Source of the DNA: Trichoplax adhaerens
Lineage: Eukaryota > Animalia > Placozoa
DNA: 64,000 bases
Direction of reading: 5' to 3'
Assembly: GCF_000150275.1 (NCBI RefSeq)
Contig: NW_002060948.1
Span: 3,918,759-3,982,758, forward strand
The notes below the pieces were generated by a model that did not search any database, was not told the DNA's origin, and saw nothing but the letters and a program-made list of their open reading frames with translations. The first letter of the stretch is position 1, and each line of letters starts with the position of its first letter. Made by a program: the position numbers and the translations under genes. Of this stretch, positions 29,301 to 42,219 are shown one piece after another.

Positions 29301-32300
29301 TCAATCATTCATACGTATAATACTAAATAATTGATCGATATGGAGCTATGCTATATTTATACGGTACTACCGTTTAAGTATTTCATCGATGCCATTAGTC
29401 GTTTGAAACTTCTTATACTGTACAGATAGTATCGCAGCAAAAGAGAAATTTTAATAAAGATCAGCCTAATATAATTGGCAATAACTGAATGTAAAAATTC
29501 AGTTAATAAATTAGTAAAAAGATTTCCCGTAAAATTTACCTTCCATTCATAAGTACAGTATGCTACTGTATTTTTAAATCCATTGGTATGATACAGTGGA
29601 CTATTTATCATAGTATTTAGTTTAACAGCTGCTAAAGATCGCTAATGACTGATTCAAAGACATATTCAGCCCTTTTTATTCCTGTATTCTTGGTACTCAG
29701 ATGAGCTGTGTATTTACGATTAGGGTTAAAAGTAGAGAATGCTTGTAATTAAAATTGCACTTACGTGGGAGTAATATTTAGAGCAGTTTGCCTGTATATG
29801 TATATATACAAAAAAAGGCATTCCTTGTGTACGTCGTAAATATTTCGCTCGTTTTGTTTACTGTTTGATCGACTTTGCCCGAAGGATTATTAAAATCTGT
29901 TGTACTATGCCAGTAGTTACTATAGTATTAATAAGATGCGCTTTTATAGATTGAAAAGAGCGTCTATAAAGCTGTTGATGCAATCTGGATTTGTGGAAGT
30001 TTTTTTAATTTAATTTCCTAAAATACAATAGAAAGCATATTGTATTCATTTCTGTACTACAGGGACTCTATCCTTAATGTATTTCTACAGTATCTTATGA
30101 AGGTTCTAGACCCAATCAGGTAAGAATCTCAAAATATATGTCGCCAAATTGATTACATCCGTTAAGTAAACTACTGTATTGATAGTATAGATTCAATAGG
30201 CTCAATAAAGCCCTAGAGATTCTTCGTATGAAGCTATCTCAGCTAGCACAAAAATCGGAAATCTATTTATTAGAAATAAGTACGATGGAATCTGATTGAC
30301 AGGTACCTTACTTTTCCTTCGTAACTTTATTTACATTAGTCAATAAAATTGAAAGAATTCGAGACGACGGCTAAAATAAGATACAGACTAGGCTTTGCAA
30401 TTGATATTTCCCATTAATTACAGTCTCAATAGCATCAGATTATCGAATTAATTATGTTTATTTAATGTTAGCGAATGTCCATCCAAGAGTTGCCTTTGAA
30501 TAATGAGTGATCGTCGCTTTCATTTAAAAAATTTTCGTTTAGTTCTGATTAGAGTATTAATACTGCTAAGTGCAACCTAGACTATTTTTTCTTTTTATGA
30601 AATTTTTTGAAGTAAATGCTATGACTAATGTAACAAGAATTCCTTGCACTGCCTATTCTTGAAGATAAAAATGTTGCTTGCTTACTAATTATATACGCGT
30701 ATAATGATATGGCAAAAGAATAAGCCAATACATTTCAGCATACAGTAGCTAAAAGTGCGGTTGCAGCTGCTATTTATGATAATTCTAAATAAATTCCTTC
30801 ACTTGAAGTGGTGGTAATACTTATTTTTGTGAGCTTTAAAATTTTTATTTAGAGTCATTATTGGTATTTCTATACACGTATAAATTCTTGCTTATTGTCA
30901 TAACTTTATCATCATAGAGTAATGTATACCGTAATTATCTTAGCGGTATTTACGAAATTAAATAGCTTTCATACATTACGGCCAATGGCCTAGAAAAAAA
31001 TTTGAATAATTTGTCTAATGTTTTACAGTCGTTTCAGAAACTCTGTGCCCCTATGTGCCTCATTAACAAAAATCGATTGTAATCTAGAAGTTTAGTGGCA
31101 ATTTTATTTGTATAACAGTTACTTCAGTAGTACTTTAACTAGATTTCAGCGTATGCAAGTTGATATCAGCTTTATGAAAGATATTGTCAGGAAATAACTA
31201 ATTATTATTATATTTGATTGATGTACTAAGATTTCCCGCTATTGTATATGCTATGCATATCGAAAATGAGTTTAATTCTTACGAATATCATTTGATTTTC
31301 AACTGCTACTATTGACTACCAGTTCTTTCTTGAAATTCAGGTACTCAGTAACACCCATGTTTTCAATGTTGTACAATAGACTCCGCCAGTTTATGAAAAT
31401 TTCTTAGAATACTAACTGAAACTGTCCTATACAAACTTAAGATATGAATACCATCTTAGTAACTTGAATGCTATCTTCAATTGGGCTTATTTTTGGCACA
31501 ATTTTCAGCAAAATCTTAAATTATACATTATCTGTATAAATGATAGCCCAATCGCTCAATCTATAGCATAGTCTGATAGAAACTGCTGTAGAATTATTAC
31601 TACTCATATCGAATGCCAGCAGAAATAAGTTTCAAGATAGAGAATATCTGTTTCATGCCATTACAACAAGATCACTACCGATAGAATCCCGTTTCGATTA
31701 GTTAAAACTCTATTTCTTCGCTATGCAGCGCTGGATGTGTTGGTATCTACCGTGTGGCAGGGAAATTAAATAGTATCTAATAACAATATTCTGAGTTTAT
31801 TATGGGAAATTTAATTTTTGAGATATTTTTTTCACTCATTTGCTGGCTATTTGTTTCAAACCGTCGAAAGATAACCATGAATAACGGCAGAAATGGCAGC
31901 TATTTCTCGTCGAATGTTACGCTGAAGAAGTCAGTTAATTCATTTTTTTTGCAGTGTACGAGTATGCTGTCAATGCTATACTAAAGCAGTATTTATACAT
32001 AAACATTCACTTAAGGGATGGTATCAATAGAATTCAGAGCCAGCTGAAAGTGGTATTATAGTAGATTTCATTCCTTTTAAACAGTTTTGTGCGTTGATCA
32101 GGTATTCATAAATGAATTAGCCCAATTATTCGTTAAATATTTAATATAGCACGTCATCGATCTGCAATACGTTTTATATTTATACACAAGACGTTTATTA
32201 TACGTCATTGCCTCAATTGCTCGCACTAATGATGCGCGAGATATTTTATGTAAGGAAATGCTTTTTCACTTTTCTTACTTGAACTCTCAAGTGACTCAAA

Positions 32301-33115
32301 TTGGAGTACACGAAAGATTTTTAAATTATCAGGAATATGCAAATTCTAGCTACAGACCTGAGTTAAATTGTAAAATATTCTTTTTTCAATTTCATTCACC
32401 TTCTAGATTTATACTTCAATTGCCCAGCCGCTCGATTTCAAAGTACACTTTTCGTATCCTACAAGAATGAGCAAGTAAACCCTGTGAAAAAAAAAAAATG
32501 CTTTCAATTCAGTGATTTGATTCGTCTAGCGTCAGTGAAGAGTTATTACTAAGTCAATATACACATACAAATAATTGCTAATTTTTGTCTTTAGCTGTAA
32601 TCTTGCAATATTCTGCCTTTAGATTGGACTATACCGTTGTAATGGACGTATACAAGGAATAGGAATACTATACTGTCTTCATAGGGAAGAAGAAAAAAAA
32701 GAAAACGAACCGATTTTCAGCCAGTGAAATCAGTTAGTCAATTTGTGGGAGAAACTGCTACAGTCGAAGACTGACTTTTTAGGACGATTTTATGTGGGTA
32801 CTTTTAGCTTTATGTTGGAAAGGTTCAGCTGTTGGATTGCAAAGTGAAATTCTATAATGCAAGGAAGCGTAAGCTAAAGTGGAAGGCAAATTTTTCTCTC
32901 TCACAATGCCATATAAAATATCAGTAGATCTGCCACGCAAGAATACTGTGAACAAAATGGAGTTATTTTCTCCCTTTAACTTAATGTAAGTCTATATAGA
33001 GAAAAGTGAATTCTATCCTACCGTCTAAGACTGCACTGCAGATATAGCACGACGGCCCAACCGCGTCAAGTACTCGAGCATCTGAGCCAAGCCAAGCCAC
33101 ATGTGCTCACTGGGG

Positions 33116-33123
33116 TATAAAAG
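33116..33123 (+). promoter_or_regulatory. Candidate TATA box (TATAAAAG), possibly a promoter of the 536-aa gene
   Basis: Perfect TATAAAAG in a locally GC-richer patch, with CACATGTG just upstream. No expression evidence. Confidence 0.25.
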
Positions 33124-36100
33124 CAGAAAATTGATACTGTACTGTACCGTACTCTATTACTTTTATTCGACACTGACGCAAATGAATCAATATTGAGAAG
33201 AAGATTATAGCTATGAAAAGTCAATACTTATGCTATTCAATTTGTCATTTGTAAAAGGAGAATATCAAACTTATGGTTCAATTCTTCCTTGATGACAATT
33301 CAAATTCATTGCTGTACTTGCAAGTGGAATAAGCAACAGTTTGATAGCAGCGTTTTTACTTCCGCATTGCATAGAATAGGCGCGCGCAATGGGTAAATTA
33401 CATATTCACTGCAGTGAAAATGACCAAAAATAGCCCGCCAAATGTGAGATAATTTGGCCACAGCATGGAAAAGAGGAGGCCTCACATGGGCACGCTATAC
33501 TTGTGCAATGGATACGATAGGCATTTTAAGCAAGTCTTGCAATATGGATTAGTTAGTGACATTAATTTCTGTTGTTGGTGTAGAAAAGCAGAGTACATTG
33601 ATTGCAGTGTCAAGGTGTACGCGTAATATTATTATAATTATGCATTGCATGGTAGACCAGACCAAATCGAATGCAAAGGCTTGACAAGCTGTTGTAGCAG
33701 CCAATAAGGCTTTCATCCTGATCCTTGAATGTCGGTTTACTAGCTCTTACAATATTAATCGTCCCAGGTCTTAAAGAATGTATTTACTTCTCAGAGTAGA
33801 TTAGTTCCTCTATTGTTAAATACAAGGGTAAACAGAAATAAGTTCTGACTCCATCTTAATTTTCCACTTAAGATGCTCATTTTGGTCAGCCATATGGATT
33901 TTGAGATGTTTATAAATCCTATAAAAGCTTGTGTACTGTACTATGGATATATGCATATTTTTTCATTATGGACGTCGATTTGACTTCTTGACTCTAAATC
34001 ATGTTTGCTAATTAATGATAATCCAGACATACGTTTTTTATCGTTATTTGCTTGGATTATAATACAAACGTGTTCCTTTTCTAGGATTTTTTATATACCT
34101 TATGCAATTTTCTTTAATAATACATATATTAATATATAATTACTTGAAGACGCACTACTGTACTCGTTCAGAGGAATTCTTTGAAACTACTACTGAATCG
34201 GTACAATAATGTTGTACTCGTAGCAATCACTAATCCTACAAGTTTTGTAGTAACTAGCTTAGTTTGTATTCTTATTAAGCGATGATTACTGATTGTGGTA
34301 GAGAGAAATGAAAAACTCTGCATTATTTAAAATAAAAGATCAAGTGAAGTGTACTAAATAGCAATATGATACATTCTAATTTTGTAAATATAGTAAAATT
34401 TCTTGTAATCAAAGATTTCAAAGAATGTGGGTACGATGCTAAACAAAATATACACAAGTATTTGTAGAAGGTAACTTTATTTTGATGTTTACCATTACAG
34501 AAATGCCATATGATTTACGAGGAGTAATGATTAGGATTGACCTTAGTCTACAATGTTATCTTGAGCAATATTTTGAAATTAAAATATTTTTTGATTATTG
34601 CCCCATCTGTCAGCGCTTACATATTGGTTGTCATTATTTACCTTGGGCGATGTAGACAGAAATTTGATCGTCGCAATTTTCTTTTCTATCGTAGCATCTT
34701 GTATAATAGAGCGTACATACCCGTACGTACTACATAGAGTACAAGAAACTCTAACATTAAAAGTTCATATAGCATTGCTCAAGTGGTAAACTATGATTCG
34801 ATTGAGTTGCAACATGGGCAACGTCCAAGGCTGTTATGAAAAGTTCATGAAACAGTTAGTATACATCCTCTCTAACAAATGTTATAACTCAATGCTGATG
34901 TCATAACCGATCGAAGTTAACTAGTAAAATCGCACTTATTATGCATTCATAAACTATCAATATTTTACTTAGATGTATTTTAATATGGTGCAGCTATAGC
35001 AAAAGCTACGTGTACTAGAATTTCAATCTCCATTCTTTCGCCTAAAATATAAAGAATCAAAAATTTTATGACATGATTGACTCATTTTCGGTCCTACCTC
35101 CATCTTGGTAGATTCTGTAAATTTATGCAATAGTAGGAACGTTTAAGAAATTAATTTTCCATAAATACGTAAAATGGAAATGATTTGAAGAATACTGCAG
35201 TATAACTGTCGAGACCGGTAACACCCATAACCATATAAATGTATCATGGTAAATCAGTCAAAAAGGTGATTGATATCAGCCACTCTGCAAATTGAATTGT
35301 AATAGTATTTACTGTTTACTTTCACAAAATAGCCATGTTAAGTACTGTACGTGTATAACCCATTGGGATGGAATTTTGAACGATTTTTGAGCATACTCGT
35401 ATGCACAGTACTCGCTGCATCCATTTACAAATTTTGCTGTACTCGTATTTTACTAAATTAATTCTTTTACGTACAATATTGTCTAATATTTATAGTATAT
35501 TCTATAGTAGTATCGATTTTTAGTTAATCATGTGCTAATGGTGCCTTCAAGAACTACTAAATTCGCCTCCCTATGCAAAAATGATTCTAAAACCTAATCA
35601 CTACCCAATTTTTGGAAATGAGATCATTTTAGAGTAGGACAGGAAGATTTAGTAGCCTAAAATAATGCTAAGGGATAGTAGTAGTTGGTTGGTAGCAAAG
35701 TCTAACTATACAGTACAGTACAGTCGTTAGAAGAGAAAACTTATTATATGAGTTAAATACTAAATACTGGGATATACCGTTTTGTACTGACGAGCGGATA
35801 GAAGTCACGTACAAATGTACAGATACAAGCCAGTAGTGTAATACTAGTATTAGTCTTGACGGTCCAGAACTGTGCATTTGCATCTGTACAAAATTCTAGA
35901 TCCAGCACTAGAGGAAATTAATTAATTGTACTGTACTTTTGTACTTATTATTTAATTTCCATATGATTTTTTATGTATACGAGTTCATGATGGAGAATTA
36001 AAGCAGCTTCACTGCTTTAGACCTAGCATTTTGACTACAGTAGTACTTAATATAAATAAAAGTTGGCTATTAATAATTTAGTAGGACGATACTGGACGTC

Positions 36101-36332
36101 ATGGCATTTCCAGCAAGTTGTAATTCTTCTTTCTTTTATATTCTTTTCTCTTATTGCCCCATGGGTTACTACGAATTCAAATAGTTTTAAATCATCGCTG
36201 CAGGCAGTGTTAAATCCATGCCAAATCTGCATCGCTTCAAAATTCCAACACAGCCTCTCCTTCGGGTACAAAGTCTAACTCTAAACTAATTAAATAAATA
36301 AATCCATTTACGGTACAGTATTATACTGTACT

Positions 36333-36760
36333 GTAAATACGGTTCAACAAATTAAGCGAATGCTGGTATCAACATACACCTTTCTTGTCACTATTACAGT
36401 ATATCGTGTATTTCTATAAAATCAAAAAGCATCCTCTATTTGTACGCCTCAATATCTCAAAGAAGATTACACCTTGACGTTGGTACGCAATGAATACCTT
36501 TTACAAGTTAAAATTGAAAAAAAACGCTGAAAGAGTAGAGTAAGTACGGTTCAACAAATTAAGCGAATGCCGGTATCAACATACCTTTCTTGTCACTATT
36601 ACGTACCGTATATCGTGTATTTCTATAAAATTAAAAAGTATCCTACAGTATATTCGTACGCATCAATATCCCAAAGAAGATTATACCTTGACGTTGGTAC
36701 GCAATCAATACCTTTTACTATTCTAAAGTTAAAATTGGAGGAAAACATTGAAAGAGTAGA
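36333..36760. repeat. Direct tandem duplication, 207-bp period, 2 copies
   Basis: TACGGTTCAACAAATTAAGCGAATGC at 36338 and 36545, with similarity running through CCTTGACGTTGGTACGCAAT and GAAAGAGTAGA. Confidence 0.9.
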
Positions 36761-38701
36761 CTACGTAGGTGTTGAAGAGTTAGTTGATCGAGAACACTGC
36801 AGTACAGTAAGCTCTCAAAATTTTAATTTCAACATTTACCAGTCGTGGATCGTTTTAAGTGCTAACGTTAATAACCACAAAGGAGACAGGACAAGTACTT
36901 ACATTGCATACAATATTGATTAACAGCGGGGAAAAAATAAGACAGTCTTTCTAATTTATTCCGCCTTTACAAGTGTACATTAGGACCTTTTGTATATACT
37001 GTATAGTGCAACTGCAAGCAAGTATAGTACACACTACCAGAGCAGTCTTAAGTGTAGTTTGCTGTGATGTAGCCGCGCGCATTACTTTTCAAAGTCAATA
37101 AAATGATTTTATGATTGTCTTGTTTCTTGATCACGTTATGATGGGCTTGGTCGAAAATTATGCGTCTTATTCTACTCTTTTTTAAAAGCTTATTCAATGT
37201 AAAATAAGTGGAATTTCCATCGAAACATAGCTACTGTTAAAAATATCATTTTGATTAGTTTAGGAAAAAAATAAATAACCGCATACGTCCGCCTTTCGCA
37301 ATGCAATTTTTAAAATATCTATCGTTGAATTTTTCAAAGCAGGATACCGTACACAAACAGTATATAGCTGATACTCTGTAATGAACAGTATGCATTGTAA
37401 ACAACGAGCAGTAGCACTTATTGTGTTTTTTTAAGAAAGCGATGAACTGATTGAAATAATAATCGTTGCCTTTATTATCGTGATCGTAAAAACCAGTAAG
37501 ATGTTGATAAAGTAAATTAAATTTTAACAAACTTTTGTATAATACTTTTGTTTGCAAGTAAAAGCATTGTCCTATCAGCTGGCAACTCCTAAAGATCGTA
37601 ATGATATTATTGGATCAACGATATTAGCCTAAAAGATTAGACGCGTAGATGTGTCTACGGTGACCAAGTCTACTTTAAAGTACTACCGGGTTATGACGAA
37701 ATATTTCCCTTACAGACAAAGTACTACTTGACGGTTTAATCACGGACAAGGATTGGCAACTTCACTTTCATCGCTTTAGTAGCTTATTCGATGAAATATA
37801 AGGTACTCATTAATCTTGATGCAAAAATTGGGGTCAAAGTTATCTATAGTAAAATCAGTTATAAATTAATGACTGGCCTTTCGGGCGAAGTACTGTACAA
37901 TTATTTCACGTGGAATCGATAAAGCGGATTGGAATCGTAATCAGGTTAGTTACGTATGAAATATATATTTTAACTTCGATCTTAATTAAGTTGAAAATGG
38001 TCAAGTTTTACTATTATTATGAATCCAAACCACAGAAAGAGAATATGCCCAACACTTTCATGTGTATATATATATCTTGTTGAGATAACGTTGTTCGTTG
38101 GATAGTCATTCTATTTAATTTTTGTTTCCAGACACAAAAGATTTACTGGAACAAAGATTTTCAGTAGATTCGTTTTCGAAATAGTATTCAAAACATCCGT
38201 TCTCGCTCAACTGAATTAAGTGAATACGAGCTATTGTACATTACAATAGAGATCCAGTTTTGCCTTTTTTAAATGACGCTTTAATAATAATTTGGATCTT
38301 GTCCTTGACGTAGTTTATTCTATTGAATAATTGCGCTATACTGTAGTTTTCATTCTCCATAGTTATAATAAAATTGGTACTTTACCTAGGCCAAGCTATG
38401 CTTTCATATACTGTAAATTGAGATCCTTCTCGATTGACAATTCATACGTACCTATTTTTATTTTGTATCTGACACGATCAGGTTACAGCACGTTCTGTTC
38501 ATTTGATATCCAATCGAAGATTTGTTCTGTACACTATTTGATCAACTTGTCTTGTCCAGCGTGATCTCCTTAATCTAAGGGATTTTTTTGTTTCAACTCC
38601 CAAAATTGGTGCTGAACTGTGCGGTGAAGATTAAAAGATAGTATAAACGTGTAAGTGCTAAAAAGCTACCCTATCATCCATTCCTCTTGTTCTGATGAAC
38701 G

Positions 38702-40312
38702 ATGGCTCTACTAGAACCTATTTCGGCTGGCTCGCAACACCATGCTGATATTAATAAAGCCTATTTAACCGACGATAGCGGATTAGAGAAACCATCACTA
38801 CTAGATATTATCGTTACACCACCGAATGAAGACGACAGTAGAGGCAATGTGAATACTGTGACGAAAAATTCGCTGAGGAAATCCGCTTTAATATCATCAC
38901 CTTCTATCGAGTTCACTATTGGAGATAGTCCACCTAATATCGATGGTTATTTAGGTGTACCATCCTATGAATACGATGGAGTATCATCGAGTGACTACGA
39001 TGATCCAGTGGATGAAACATCCAACGTTTCAAGACGATTTCGAAGTAGATCGTATAGTTTTAGTGCTAGAGGCATCGACGACGACGACCCTGGTCATAAA
39101 TGGAATTACATGAGAGAACGCGCAAGGGATAAATTGCATCCATCAAGAAGTACACAAGAGCTGGATAAAACGTTGCAACCGCCACTGCGCAGGTGTAGAT
39201 CGAAATCTGTCTTTGGCAGTATAAGTAATAATGTTACCTTCACGCTGCCTTATAATGTGCGAAAGCGATTAAGCTTTAGCGAGCTAACGCGAGAAAGGAG
39301 TGATAAAACTCGACTAGGCAGTGGTTATCAATCTCATTATTTCAAAGGCATGGAGCAAAGTGGCTACGACTTGGTTGTACCCGTCATTGATCCCGTCAAG
39401 AAAGGTAAATTAAAAATTCGCTCCAATTCGGCTATTGTGATGACTGCATACGATAAAAAGTTGATTACTATGGCACAAGAAAGAGCCCGAGGCAACAGTT
39501 TCAGAAAATCCAACGGTAATAATCAGCAAAGTAATAATAGAAGCGATATCAACTCATCAGAAACAACTACAATCAATAATCAAGCGCCAACTTCACGTGC
39601 TACTGACATGGAAGTTGCTACAAAGTCAAAGATCAATAACAACAATAATAAGCTTTATCAAAATCAATCCAATGATGTGGACGTAAAGCCGACAGCATCA
39701 TTTAAAGTGATACAACCGCTGAGTAATAATACTGCTAATGGTCAATCATCAATCATTGATTCTTCAATGGAGCGACCACATACACCTACATCTGCCTTTC
39801 GAAGTTATCGTCTTCGTGGATCAACATATACATCGCTATCGCAAGATCTTCCTGACGACAAAAGTGAAGACGGCAATAATAGCAATAACAGCAATAATAG
39901 CAATAATAGCAATAATAGCTCTATCATTGAAGAAAGTAAAGCTAACAGTTACCGCTCAGATAAAAACGATGCCATTAAAGTCAGAATGGATCGCAGCCGT
40001 GACAATTCCTTCGATGGATTGCCCATTGATCATCATGAAAAGTCCAACGTCGATGCAAACTTTTCACCACGATCGCCTAATCGTTATTCTAATGGTAAAT
40101 TATTACCTGCTTCCAGTGAAGTAATGACCAATGGAAGCCAAACAAATGGCGATCAGCGAAACACTCAAACTGATATGGTATTAAGTTCTAGTCAGGAATC
40201 ATTTTCCAATGAGTCATTTCACTTTCAAGTGAGGCAACAATTAAAAGAAATTACCACTAATTTAACTAGCTCTGTTTTAATTCAATATGTGCCAAATCCG
40301 TACGACATGTAA
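38702..40312 (+). CDS. Uncharacterised 536-aa intronless, Ser/Asn/Arg-rich, probably intrinsically disordered protein with short linear signalling motifs
   Basis: A 1611-bp uninterrupted ORF in AT-rich DNA, with strong start context (aacgATGG) and raised GC. No recognisable globular domain, signal peptide or transmembrane segment. Likely 5'-UTR acceptor TTTGTTTCCAG ending at 38131. Confidence 0.85.
   Translation: MALLEPISAGSQHHADINKAYLTDDSGLEKPSLLDIIVTPPNEDDSRGNVNTVTKNSLRKSALISSPSIEFTIGDSPPNIDGYLGVPSYEYDGVSSSDYDDPVDETSNVSRRFRSRSYSFSARGIDDDDPGHKWNYMRERARDKLHPSRSTQELDKTLQPPLRRCRSKSVFGSISNNVTFTLPYNVRKRLSFSELTRERSDKTRLGSGYQSHYFKGMEQSGYDLVVPVIDPVKKGKLKIRSNSAIVMTAYDKKLITMAQERARGNSFRKSNGNNQQSNNRSDINSSETTTINNQAPTSRATDMEVATKSKINNNNNKLYQNQSNDVDVKPTASFKVIQPLSNNTANGQSSIIDSSMERPHTPTSAFRSYRLRGSTYTSLSQDLPDDKSEDGNNSNNSNNSNNSNNSSIIEESKANSYRSDKNDAIKVRMDRSRDNSFDGLPIDHHEKSNVDANFSPRSPNRYSNGKLLPASSEVMTNGSQTNGDQRNTQTDMVLSSSQESFSNESFHFQVRQQLKEITTNLTSSVLIQYVPNPYDM
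39875..39920 (+). repeat. Coding 9-bp minisatellite (AATAGCAAT)n encoding (NSN)n
   Basis: aataatagcaataacagcaataatagcaataatagcaataatagc within the 536-aa ORF. Confidence 0.85.
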
Positions 40313-41434
40313 ATTAGAGCCATCAATATTCTTAAATAGATTGGAATGGGTACTGTAATTGGCGTTGAAAAAAAAAAAAACACCAACGTAAACACAAAAC
40401 CAACAAAACATTTCTATCGGAAAATGGCTCATTACGCTGATCTTTTGATAAATTTACTAAAAAATAATATTCTTACACTGCTATATTGACTCCAATTAAA
40501 TTCGATTGAATGTTGAATCGTTGATCCGTTTTATTTACGGCACTTATGCCGATTTTGTTTTTACTGTCAAGTCCACGGGATGCTGTCACGCCTGTCATTA
40601 ACGTAATAATGTACTGTATGTATTGTATAATATAAAAAAGCAGCAAAAATACGATAATTTAAATTCGGTAAAAAGAAAAAAATGATGATATCCTCAGTCA
40701 GAGTTAAAAAAATTTATAATGGACCTACTGCACTAGACATTCTTAGTTTACTTATCGAATGTATTTGTTTAATACAACATTTTTCTGGATTGTGCAGTAG
40801 TCTTTGCGCTATTTTTGTTGCCGACGCTAAGTCAACAAGACTCCTTGTCGATGTTTTCGTGTCTATTAAGTTATCATTTTGGGGGGGGGGGAAATCATAT
40901 TTGCCGTTTCAAAATTATCTCGGTAACCTGACGGTCTAAATAATATCCGGTACTTCCGATTTATATTTAATCCAGTTATTACATAATTACTTATAGAATC
41001 GTTATATAGTATTTTTCTTTTTTTGAGATGGATTCTGTCGTATTATCCATAAACACCGTATATATACATTGTACACTGTACAGTACTACAGTAGCATAAC
41101 AATACATCGGTTTGGGCTTACATTATAAAACTCTGTATTAAAAAATTAAAATTATAAATTGCTGCACTATGCCATACTCACTACATCTCCATTGGATTAA
41201 TTATTACATAATCTAATTATTTTAGCCGGTTTATCATGTTCTTATTATATTGTCTATAACTACAGTACATACAGTTTATGTTGGTGTAGATATAGTCCGT
41301 CTTAAGCTGATCTACAACTGATTTTAAATCACTCATTACACACACCTACTAAATACGGCAATGATCTACGTTATGCGGAGTTTTTCTTTTTTCCTGTCCT
41401 ATCATTTTAATAATTCATTATCTTTATGGTTTCG

Positions 41435-41713
41435 TTACTTGTACCCATCTATACGGTATGCTGTTAAAATTTTGGTATAAACCAACTTGTAAGAGGAGCT
41501 GCTTTTATGGAAAATTATATTGCGTACAGCAATACTATTATTACAGATGTAACCGATTTTTGGTAATTTTTACCGTGTTGCAGAATGCATAACTTACAGA
41601 CAAATTATCTTTAAAGCATAATAAAAATTTAACTGCTCGACAGGTTTTACAAAGAAATTTTGGTTATCACTTTTTGTTAATCTATCTTTATTACTATCAG
41701 AAGAATCAGACAT
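41435..41713 (-). CDS. Possible small two-exon ORF (~71 aa), unknown product
   Basis: ATG at 41713 (gcaATGT) downstream of an acceptor at ~41757. Canonical GTAAGT donor at 41597, acceptor at 41535, TAA at 41437-41435. No recognisable homology. Confidence 0.2.
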
Positions 41714-42219
41714 TGCTTTAATCGCTTTAGATAGAATAAGCGATTGGCTTCGTTCCTTGTATTGAAAGTGAAAAGAAAAAATCACTTATCAAGAACTACA
41801 GATCAATTTTTCAGGATATAAAGTAAACATAGGCTGCACGTTAGCCTATTAGGCTTAATTCAATGTCATCGATCCGAAAACTGATACCATTTGTTATTCT
41901 ATATACATACATTGAAATCTAGAGGTTTATGCTGATAATTTTTTTTCATTGGTCACAGTTACATTATAGGAAGCACTGTTTTATGTAGAATTGATATCAA
42001 ACAAGTCTCTAAAATGAATAAAGTGTACTACTAACAGTAGCGTTACTACAGCATAGTATATGAGTACATTAAAATCTCTCCTTGTAAGTACAAAAATCTT
42101 AAATAAAGAATTTGATTACATTATGCATTATACTCGTATATTGAAGTCATTCTAACTGTTATAAATTATATTTTGATTGTATGTACGCATTTTTTATTTC
42201 ATCTCTACCCTGTCTTTAC

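Noticed and set aside
36047-36278. Overlapping 71-74-aa ORFs on both strands (one with CWKC)
   Set aside because: Short, with non-ATG starts, no recognisable homology and no consistent exon chain.
39738-40124. 128-aa overlapping ORF in an alternative frame
   Set aside because: Largely a by-product of the stop-free 9-bp repeat inside the main ORF, with no independent support.
38702-40312. Neuropeptide precursor interpretation of the 536-aa ORF
   Set aside because: No signal peptide and no repeated peptides flanked by G-K/R cleavage sites.
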